A DNA stretch of 23,626 nt from Andalucia godoyi And28 (lineage: Eukaryota > Protista > Jakobida): the NCBI GenBank assembly GCA_009859145.1, contig VRVR01000012.1:382917-406542 (forward strand), read 5' to 3'. Position numbers and translations under genes: made by a program. Below the pieces are notes generated by a model. The model searched no databases. It worked only from the letters and a program-made list of their open reading frames with translations, and was not told where the DNA came from. Shown here in pieces: positions 9,313-17,456 of this stretch (its first letter is position 1; each line of letters begins with the position of its first letter).

Positions 9313-9942
9313 TCATCGTACGAGCTGACCCTCCTTGTCAAAATGGAGATAGTACTTCGCAGACTGGCACCTCAGCAGTTTTCGGACAGTCCTATAGCCC
9401 CAGATGACTTCGGCCACCCAAAATGCCCAAGACAACTGGATCATGGCGCGGTCAAGCGGAGTCATATCAAACTGAATGACGGTTAAATAGACATATGTGA
9501 GAATCTGCGGAAACACTGAGAGGAGAACAAACCCAACCATCGACGGAACCCGCTCGCCCAGATTGCCTGTGAATCCCAAGTACAGACGTCCGATTTCTGC
9601 GATGCACCAAATAGCAAACAGCAGTGAATGGAGGGCATCTTGCCACAGCGGCCAGCTATAATACCGCGATCTCCATGCAATTGTGAATATCGAGAGCACA
9701 ATCATCATCGCGCAGTAATAGGAATGCATGTACATCAGCAGTTGGAAGTTGACAGACGAGTTGATTTCAGTGTTGATCGGCCTCAAGGATCTCGACTTGT
9801 TGGACTGACCACTAAACGATTTCTGCAGAGATGTTGCGCCGTGCAACATCGAGGTTGATAATCGTTTCAATGAGGACTTTGAATGCCCATGTTCAGAGCC
9901 GGGAGGGGGAGTGGTCGATTGGTTTGGAAGAGGGGGCTTCAT
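9313..9942 (-). CDS. TMEM17: TMEM17/TMEM216-family ciliary transition-zone membrane protein, 209 aa
   Basis: SSVNFQLLMY, AEIGRLYLGFTGNLGERVPSMVGFVLLSVFPQ matches the TMEM17 signature; four hydrophobic segments. Confidence 0.88.
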   Translation of the reverse strand: MKPPLPNQSTTPPPGSEHGHSKSSLKRLSTSMLHGATSLQKSFSGQSNKSRSLRPINTEINSSVNFQLLMYMHSYYCAMMIVLSIFTIAWRSRYYSWPLWQDALHSLLFAIWCIAEIGRLYLGFTGNLGERVPSMVGFVLLSVFPQILTYVYLTVIQFDMTPLDRAMIQLSWAFWVAEVIWGYRTVRKLLRCQSAKYYLHFDKEGQLVR

Positions 9943-10535
9943 GAAGCAATATACAGGACAGACGTAAACAACAAGCTACAAATAAGAGACCAAAGAACCA
10001 AAAGTATATATAATGAAAACACAAAAAATTAATTAAATTACAAAGAAGAGGAGAAAACACAAAGTATCACAACGGTATATTCAAAAAAATATAAATAAAT
10101 AAATATTATCAGTTCAGTATGCAGGTGAGATAATATAAGGTAGAAAGAATAAATACTGGACAAACCAGATCTGGAATCGTGGAATTACTCAATCTGGGGA
10201 AACATGATTTGATCGTTAAGACACACTGACACGGAATGACATTCAAAGCAAGAAAAAAAAAAAAAAGCGCAAAAGGAAAAAAGGTCACAATGACATCAGA
10301 ATCGCGATTCGGAAATGCCCGATGAAATCTCCGATGCATTTTCCTCTTCTTCTTCACCTGCTCTTTCCGCGACTTCCCCAAGAAAAAGAAGCGAGAAACA
10401 TAGTCCGATTCGCCGCCATGCATGCGAGAGACACAAACGACTCCAGAAGGCACTTCGCAGGCTTCTATCCAGCATGGTACATTAAAGACACGGGGGTGGT
10501 CGGTGCACTCTGTAGCATTCTCCGATCAACAAACA

Positions 10536-12113
10536 TCACAGAGAATCCGACGACATCGGCACATATCGCGGACGGCATTTCAGCACAACGGCGAAATTCT
10601 TTTCCATCTCGGTTGTCTTGTAGAGCTGCAGCATGGAAACAAGAGAAGCTGAGCTCCCTAGGTCCACATGCAGCCCCTCGCAGTCCAGCAGCAGATGCTG
10701 CATTCGCTTGGCGTCCGCTACACTGCAAGACAAGTACCCTTTCGTCCACTGGTGACCGCGGTAGGTCTGTGACAGGTTGTCCCGACTCACGCCAAAGCCA
10801 CACCATCCAAGCATCATATTCATGTCTGCGCGGCTGTCATTTGAGAAAACAGACGGTCTGCAAGCTGGCTCCACAACATAACCAGAAATGGTTGGGCGCA
10901 TGGACCGCAGGAACCGCAACACGCCCGAATACAGTGCCCCCGTTCCGACGCAGTCGACAAACACATCCAGCTGCGCACCGGTTGCGGATACCTGCTCAAA
11001 GATTTCGGACCCCAGGTTTCGAAAATAAGCCAGCAGCGAGTACGGATTGCAGAACGGGTCGTAGAGAATCCGGAACGTCCCGTCCCGTGTCGACACGTGC
11101 ATCGGTGTTGACTTGACCAGCACGGGACTCGATACATATGCAGAGCCGGGTCCGTACACGTGCTCCACGCCACGTGCCCGCATGTCTGCGATATGTCTTT
11201 CATTAAGCTGCCCAAAAACGGAATCGCTGCTCGTTGCTAGTGGAATCACGTGAACGGCAACGTGGACATTGGGAAACGAAGCCTCGTGGCGTACCATCCT
11301 CGACACAATCTTGACAGATTCTCGCAAATAGGGCATGTCAAAAGTCACAATCTCGATATTCTGCACACCGGAATCCGCGACCGGAAAGATCTCGTCCTGC
11401 AAACCAAGACGGAAAAACTCCATGATTTCGCGGTCCAAGTGGCATCCAGACGGATTCGCCAATTCGCACTTTGCAAACCATTTAGAGTGATGCACCTTCA
11501 GTTCCTGTCTCAAATTACGGAGTTCCACGAGCGGAGTGCAGCCTATCCGCTGAAGAGGGCTCTCCAATGCTGCAGGAGCATACGGCCCCGATGATGCATG
11601 CGTCGACAGCACGTTGCTCGGATACGGTTGTTTCCTGACCGAGAAGAGGCCGTCAAAAGAAGGGCCTTCGTAGTACGTCGATTTTGACGGCACAATCGGA
11701 AGCCCTTTCTTCTTAAGCTGCTCGTTGGAAAGATATTCAACCGCTCCTTTCTCTGCACTTTGCAATGCATTCGACGCAGCCGGTGTCCCAGAATAGTTGC
11801 CAATCAGCTTTTCCAGAACGCCACCATCACCACTTTTCCTACTGCTGCCATTGCTGTCACTTTGAAAACACCGGATGAACAAGCAGCGACGACGGAATCC
11901 CATCCGCTCTCGGAACTCTCTGAAACGAAGTTTAACAAGGGAAAAGAGAAAACCCGATTTTCTCTTTGAAAAAGCCTTTTCCCGGTCTTTTCCCATCTCG
12001 ATTTCATTTTCCATTTCCCGGCGGGCGGCATCAAGTGAGACTGCTTGCTCATTCTCTGGCCACTGCTTTCTTCGCCCTCTCGGGGTGGAAATTGAAGCTT
12101 GTGAAATGCACAT
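10536..12113 (-). CDS. Cysteine synthase/CBS-like PLP fold type II protein lacking the catalytic Lys; start at 12113 (525 aa) or 11903 (455 aa)
   Basis: IGCTPLVEL, FAKCELANPSGCHLDR (cf. AKLExxNPxGSVKDR), PFCNPYSLLAYFRNLGSEIFEQ, DVFVDCVGTGAL, GYVVEP, EGLHV. Uninterrupted ORF. Confidence 0.85.
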   Translation of the reverse strand: MCISQASISTPRGRRKQWPENEQAVSLDAARREMENEIEMGKDREKAFSKRKSGFLFSLVKLRFREFRERMGFRRRCLFIRCFQSDSNGSSRKSGDGGVLEKLIGNYSGTPAASNALQSAEKGAVEYLSNEQLKKKGLPIVPSKSTYYEGPSFDGLFSVRKQPYPSNVLSTHASSGPYAPAALESPLQRIGCTPLVELRNLRQELKVHHSKWFAKCELANPSGCHLDREIMEFFRLGLQDEIFPVADSGVQNIEIVTFDMPYLRESVKIVSRMVRHEASFPNVHVAVHVIPLATSSDSVFGQLNERHIADMRARGVEHVYGPGSAYVSSPVLVKSTPMHVSTRDGTFRILYDPFCNPYSLLAYFRNLGSEIFEQVSATGAQLDVFVDCVGTGALYSGVLRFLRSMRPTISGYVVEPACRPSVFSNDSRADMNMMLGWCGFGVSRDNLSQTYRGHQWTKGYLSCSVADAKRMQHLLLDCEGLHVDLGSSASLVSMLQLYKTTEMEKNFAVVLKCRPRYVPMSSDSL

Positions 12114-12194
12114 TTTATTATTATTATTATTATTATTATTATAATTATTATAATTATTATAATAATATTATATAATTATATATAATTATATATT
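12112..12194. repeat. 83-nt run containing only A and T, with (TTA)n, between divergent genes; candidate bidirectional promoter
   Basis: No G or C from 12112 to 12194. The promoter role is inference. Confidence 0.8.
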
Positions 12195-12326
12195 GGTTTT
12201 TCATGGAGAGTTTTGTTTTTGGAAATCGACTGACATTCTTGCTCTCTGTTTTTGGAAAGTTGTTGTTGAGAGGAATTTGACTCTTCGCTTCTCTTTCTCT
12301 ACTTTGCTTCTCGCTAAAGTGAATTC

Positions 12327-13634
12327 ATGTTTTACAGGGCGGTTCGAGAGCGACTGACTCCACAGTTTGCCAATCACACGCGTCGATTTTTTGCATCATT
12401 CGACAAGGATCCTTATGCAGTTCTCGGGGTGTCCAAGACTGCAGATGACCAAGAAATTAAGAAAAAGTACCGCGATCTTGCCAAGAAGTACCATCCGGAC
12501 GTGAATAAGGCGGCAGATGCACGCGATAAGTTCACGGAAATCAGCGCGGCGTATGAAATCCTGAGCAATGCGGAAAAGAGAAGACAGTACGACACGTTTG
12601 GGACAGTTGGCGAGGATTTCGGCCGTGGGGGTCCATCGGCTGGTGGTGCTGGAGGCCCAGGGGGGTTTGGGCATCCGTTTGGAGGAGCCGGGTTTTCCGC
12701 AGAAGACATTTTTGGAGAGCTTTTTGGAGCTGGAAAGAGAGGGAAACGTGCATCTGCTGGAGGTCGGCCAGGAAGCGGTGCGGCGAATGGCATGTCCGGA
12801 GGTCCGGTCCCAGGAAATGATATTCAAATGTCCATCCACATTCCCTTCATGGAGGCCGTCCATGGATCAACACGAGATGTTTCTGTGAACTCAAAGGCAT
12901 CGTGCACAACATGCAGTGGTTCCGGCGCGAAGCCAGGGACGTCGGCGAAAACGTGCCCCGAGTGCAAGGGATCAGGGCGAGTTATTTTCCAGTCTGGTTT
13001 CTTTTCTTTTGAAAATGTATGTTCTAGATGCGGTGGCTCCGGGCAGACCATTGCAAATCCGTGTGTCACGTGTTCAGGCTCCGGGAGAATGGAGCAGACC
13101 AAGACAATCACGATTACCGTTCCACAGGGCGTCGACAACGGAGTCACATTGCGCATTCCGAACAAGGGAGAGGCCGGTATCCGAGGAGGGCCTTCCGGTC
13201 ATTTGTACGTGGACATTCGTGTGGATCCAGATCCATTTTTCCGACGCGAAGGGGCGGATGTCCATACGGACGTGCACTTGTCCTTGGTAGAGGCTCTTCT
13301 CGGCGGGAACGTTACGATTCCGACGTTGAGTGGCGAAGTGGAGTTGAAGATTCCCGAAGGTGTCCAGCACAACGACGAGCGCGTCCTGCGTGCGAAGGGA
13401 ATCAAGAGATTGCACGAATCGGGGCATGGAAACCACTATGTGCATTTCAAGGTTGATTTGCCCAGCCGATTGAACGCCAAGCAACGAGAACTGATTGAGC
13501 AGTTTGCTGCGGAGGGCGGCGAACGAAGTTCTGCAAAGAGAGAAGGGATGTTCAAGACCGTCTTTAACAAGGTGAAGTCGTTCATGGATTCTAAACAGAA
13601 GAGCAGCAGCAGCACCGGCGGTTCGTCGTCCTAA
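12327..13634 (+). CDS. DNAJA3: Mitochondrial type I DnaJ/Hsp40 (Mdj1/Tid1-like), 435 aa
   Basis: Presequence ending ...TRRFFAS, J domain with HPD, G/F-rich linker, four CxxCxGxG repeats, C-terminal domain (PQGVDNG, GDLYV-like GHLYV). Confidence 0.93.
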   Translation: MFYRAVRERLTPQFANHTRRFFASFDKDPYAVLGVSKTADDQEIKKKYRDLAKKYHPDVNKAADARDKFTEISAAYEILSNAEKRRQYDTFGTVGEDFGRGGPSAGGAGGPGGFGHPFGGAGFSAEDIFGELFGAGKRGKRASAGGRPGSGAANGMSGGPVPGNDIQMSIHIPFMEAVHGSTRDVSVNSKASCTTCSGSGAKPGTSAKTCPECKGSGRVIFQSGFFSFENVCSRCGGSGQTIANPCVTCSGSGRMEQTKTITITVPQGVDNGVTLRIPNKGEAGIRGGPSGHLYVDIRVDPDPFFRREGADVHTDVHLSLVEALLGGNVTIPTLSGEVELKIPEGVQHNDERVLRAKGIKRLHESGHGNHYVHFKVDLPSRLNAKQRELIEQFAAEGGERSSAKREGMFKTVFNKVKSFMDSKQKSSSSTGGSSS

Positions 13635-13803
13635 CGCAGAAATGCGAATTCCAAAATCCGGAGCACGCATCCAAAAGAGCCGCACTCCCTTTCCTACACG
13701 CCAAAAAAAAAAAAGTAGTAATTTCTAAGGTACAGTACAGACATATCTACCAAAGTACGGTAATGCTGAGAGTTTTTAATGACTATGAGCACTGCTACCA
13801 TGA

Positions 13804-14907
13804 TCAACTCGTCAATCCGGAAGAGCGAAGAGACTGCAGCTGATCTCGCGAAACAACGCCAATTGCACGACCTGTAATGGGATCCCGGTGAATTTGAGCA
13901 AAGGGCGGCCGCGGAGGTGCTTGTGGTGGCACTGCCCGCGCTGCGGTACTAGGACCGATCGATGTGGCTCCCGTTTGGTGAGAAGCGACGCTGCTTGCTG
14001 GAGTCGCCGTTGCACCAGAGACTTTCCTAGAATCGACAAACGACGATACGACGGGCTTGTGCATCGGTTCGGAAGCAAGATGCTTTGCAGAAGATTCGCC
14101 GACGACACTCGACGGCATGGAGTGCGGCTTAACAGGGACATTGATGACTGGCGTTTTGGCAACTTGATGTCGGGCCGTCAGCGGTCGTTGCGAAACTGAC
14201 TCGAATTTGTTCTCCTTTGAAGACACCGACGTCTGGTCAAAGTACGCTTTAAACACGACGAAATTGTTCGTTTGCGGGACGTACGAAACCAAGCCAAAGT
14301 GGCGTGCCAGGAAAGAAATGAGCTTCGGGGAGGGACGATCGTAGGCAAGTCTGGAGGCAGTGAGAGCAGGCTGCTGTTTGTCCAGCGGAATGGCAGGAAC
14401 CAGGGATGCAGAGCTTCTGCTGCTCGCATTTCGACTCGATCCTGCGCCAGCTGCAACAGACGAAGCAGGCGCCGCGCTTTCACGACTGCTCATTTCCTCC
14501 AGCATCATATTAAAAAGCGTTAGGCCAATTCCGCTCCGTTGACAGGACTCATGAACGTAGAAATCGAGGACGCAGAGTGGATTGATTTCGTGGATTTTGC
14601 CAACTTCATCTCGAATGAACAGGCGCTTGTGCCCGACTTTCAGCAGACCCGTGCAAAGCTTCCGATCCTCGGAGAAGGAGAGAAATAGAACATGGTCGGT
14701 GTTCTCCATCTTGGAGCCCGAAGTGATCACATGGGGAAGCCCCTGGGCCTTAGATGACAATGTGCCCATCGTGTCAATTAATCGTTCGACATCCCGCAGA
14801 CTCCCGGGGCTCCTGCGCTGCAGATTCGACAGCATCGAAGCCGTTAGAACTGCCGCAGGTCCATTCGCTTCAGCAAAGAGAGCCAACGCGCCTTGAGGAA
14901 TCTCCAT
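13804..14907 (-). CDS. ATAT1: Alpha-tubulin N-acetyltransferase (MEC-17), 367 aa
   Basis: IDTMGTLSSKAQGL, GLLKVGHKRLF, LCVLDFYVHESCQRSGIG, AYDRPSPKL, VPQTNNFVVF; disordered C-terminal tail. Confidence 0.95.
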   Translation of the reverse strand: MEIPQGALALFAEANGPAAVLTASMLSNLQRRSPGSLRDVERLIDTMGTLSSKAQGLPHVITSGSKMENTDHVLFLSFSEDRKLCTGLLKVGHKRLFIRDEVGKIHEINPLCVLDFYVHESCQRSGIGLTLFNMMLEEMSSRESAAPASSVAAGAGSSRNASSRSSASLVPAIPLDKQQPALTASRLAYDRPSPKLISFLARHFGLVSYVPQTNNFVVFKAYFDQTSVSSKENKFESVSQRPLTARHQVAKTPVINVPVKPHSMPSSVVGESSAKHLASEPMHKPVVSSFVDSRKVSGATATPASSVASHQTGATSIGPSTAARAVPPQAPPRPPFAQIHRDPITGRAIGVVSRDQLQSLRSSGLTS

Positions 14908-15308
14908 AATTTTGGTGTTTTTCTTAAAAAAGTTAAAAATGATTAAATTCAGCAATCTTGATTAAAAAAAATTTCAAACGGACGGAGCCAGAGAGCCAGA
15001 GACCGAAGAGAAAATTAAATTAAATTAATAAATAAATAGAAAACGGATGATGAATGCAGCGTCTCTCTCTATGCAATTGCTGATCAATGCATGGTGCTTT
15101 GACGAATCCGACTCCTCTTCCCAAAACGGCTCGGTACTACGACCGCGAGGTGTCTGCAGCAGACTCGGGTTTTGAAAATTGGATCTGGGAGGCGTGAAGC
15201 TTGAATGCGCTCTGCTGCAGAACAAAACGTAACTGTAGCAGTCTTTTCCCCCTCCTTCGTACTACGAAACGAAAAGGAAATAAGAGGCAGAAGAAGGAAA
15301 GCAAAAAC

Positions 15309-16130
15309 ATGAGCGATGTGCATTCTGTTGATCTTGCACATCGCGTGTACAGATTTCTCGATGAATCGGCGCGCGTACATTTTTCACGCTGTCGGTTGAG
15401 TGAGTGCGCATTATGCCGAGACTTGAGACGGCAGTTGGATCGCGGGGTCGCTGCGACTGCACACAATTCTGCACTTCCCTCTTTGCAAGCTGAATTGAAT
15501 GCTTCAGCGGGGAATCAGCCTGGAGGTGGAGGTGGAGAAGGAGGTGGAGGTGCGTCGTCGTCGTCGTCGTCGTCGTTATTCGAGAATGACCACTTCGAAG
15601 AAGTAGTCATGATGAGTGACACTGAAGATTGCTGCGAGCCAGTCCAGACCTGCGCTGATCCAAGGCAACCACAACATATTCCGGTGAGTACGCCAAAATC
15701 GATGGTTGGAGCCGAAGACCGCGACGACATTCTTGCCAGTCGAATTCTATCAGATCGGTCTTTTCGCGATGCCGACAGCGGAGAACCGACAGCGAAAAGA
15801 AACAATAGCAATACGAAGAAGAAGAAGAAGAAGAAGATCACTCCTATATTTGTCCGACCCTTGCAAGACACCGACTTTCCAGTCCAGTTTTCCCTCACAA
15901 ATTCTATCGAGTCCAATGTCACTGCTTCGAATCCTGCATCTTCCATCCATCATCCAATTCCGACATCCAGCGTGGTTCCACCCATTCCGGCTGTGGCAAC
16001 CAACGCAGACTCTGCGTCGAATACCAGCACTTCCGGCGGCACCAGTGGAGGAGGCATGTCGGTACGGCGGCGTCAGAAAACCATCAAGGACTTTTTCTCG
16101 GGAAAACCAATCAAGCACCGCAAAAGGTGA
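15309..16130 (+). CDS. Hypothetical, mostly disordered nuclear protein with C-terminal PIP box, 273 aa
   Basis: Long ORF with in-frame G/S/K repeats, K7 NLS-like run, QKTIKDFF near the C-terminus. No family recognised. Confidence 0.7.
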   Translation: MSDVHSVDLAHRVYRFLDESARVHFSRCRLSECALCRDLRRQLDRGVAATAHNSALPSLQAELNASAGNQPGGGGGEGGGGASSSSSSSLFENDHFEEVVMMSDTEDCCEPVQTCADPRQPQHIPVSTPKSMVGAEDRDDILASRILSDRSFRDADSGEPTAKRNNSNTKKKKKKKITPIFVRPLQDTDFPVQFSLTNSIESNVTASNPASSIHHPIPTSSVVPPIPAVATNADSASNTSTSGGTSGGGMSVRRRQKTIKDFFSGKPIKHRKR

Positions 16131-16340
16131 ACGCGTTTCGATTTGCGCTCCTCGATTCATTGGTGCAAAGAGCACTGCAGCCTATCCATGTATGCGTAGG
16201 CACCGATTGGTGCCGGTGTTTGTTTGGGTTTTTGGTTGGTCGGTATTTGTTGTTCTTTCCCAGCCTTGGGGGATATATATGAACACGTTGTGCGCCAACA
16301 TCCGTTGATCGCCAATTTATCATTATAGTCTCCTCATTCG

Positions 16341-17138
16341 TTACAAGTCTCGGCAGTACGGACCACGGGGTTCTCCAAACAACGACGTCTTCTTGCCCTG
16401 GGGCTCACAGTTCTTGCGACCATTTTGAGGACCAATCTTCAGTGTCTTGTCACCCTTGCGCAGCGCTTCCACAACCTTGATTGCCGTTTCCGTTGTGAGG
16501 TCTTCATAGTAGTCGTAGCGCCATTCTGGCGGGTTCGAGTAATCCGCAACTGCAATCATGGGAGCATTCACACAGCAGCCCATGCACTCCATTTCTCCAA
16601 GAGTAAACACGCCATCTGCAGTAGTCTCTCCGAGATGGATTCCAAGATGTTTCTCAAGTGCATGCAAAATCTCGTCAGACCCCTTCACCATGCACGGCGA
16701 AGTCACGCACACTTGCAAATGATACTTTCCCACAGGCTTGCGGTTAACCATTGAGTAGAACGTCGCAACTTCATACACGCGAATTGGCGCGACTTCCAGA
16801 AGCTGCGCAATCTTGTTCATGGCGGCAAGCGGAACCCAGCCTCCACACTGACGCTGTGCAAGATCCAGCAAAGGAAGCGTGGCGGAGCGCTTGCGGTTCG
16901 GCGGGTACTTGGCGAGAATCTGATCGATTCTCTTGTACAACTCGGGAGAAAAGTCAAATGGAGTGTTCGCATTGTTGTCGGGAGTATCCACATGCATAAA
17001 CGACACCGCGTGGTCAGAGTAACTGCGGACGCCGACAGATCGAGTCGAGAAGCACGAAGCCGAAGCCGAAGCCGAAGCCGACGCAGCCACAGATCGTGAT
17101 ACAGTGGAACGAACTCGAGAAAGAGCACTACTCAGCAT
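16341..17138 (-). CDS. NDUFV2: NADH dehydrogenase (complex I) 24-kDa subunit, 265 aa
   Basis: Presequence ending RSYS, HVDTPDNN, ATLPLLDLAQRQ, YEVATFYSM, 2Fe-2S ligands CVTSPC and CMGCC, YYEDLT. Confidence 0.97.
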   Translation of the reverse strand: MLSSALSRVRSTVSRSVAASASASASASCFSTRSVGVRSYSDHAVSFMHVDTPDNNANTPFDFSPELYKRIDQILAKYPPNRKRSATLPLLDLAQRQCGGWVPLAAMNKIAQLLEVAPIRVYEVATFYSMVNRKPVGKYHLQVCVTSPCMVKGSDEILHALEKHLGIHLGETTADGVFTLGEMECMGCCVNAPMIAVADYSNPPEWRYDYYEDLTTETAIKVVEALRKGDKTLKIGPQNGRKNCEPQGKKTSLFGEPRGPYCRDL

Positions 17139-17456
17139 CCTCAGGGAAATTGCACACCAGATAATCTCGTCGGAAAAAACGCAACACGACTTGGAGTGAA
17201 GCAGGTAAAGAGAATATTAAAAAATTAAAAAGCAAATGTATATACATAATTTTAAAATAAAAAGAAATTGGAGAAAAATCGGATTTCGGAAAGGACAAAG
17301 GCTAAATGCACAAAGTTGGAGAGAGGAAAAACATGAAGCGATGATTTTTGGTTTTGTGAGGACGGACCGGATACAACCGTTGGATGAGAGAGGCTCGACT
17401 GTTTTTTTAATTATTTAATTTTAAAAAATGCTTATTCACTAGTGTGCAAGACGACA

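Noticed and set aside
10322-11116. Long antisense and alternate-frame ORFs over this and other genes
   Set aside because: Shadow ORFs of real genes in GC-rich coding DNA, with no motifs
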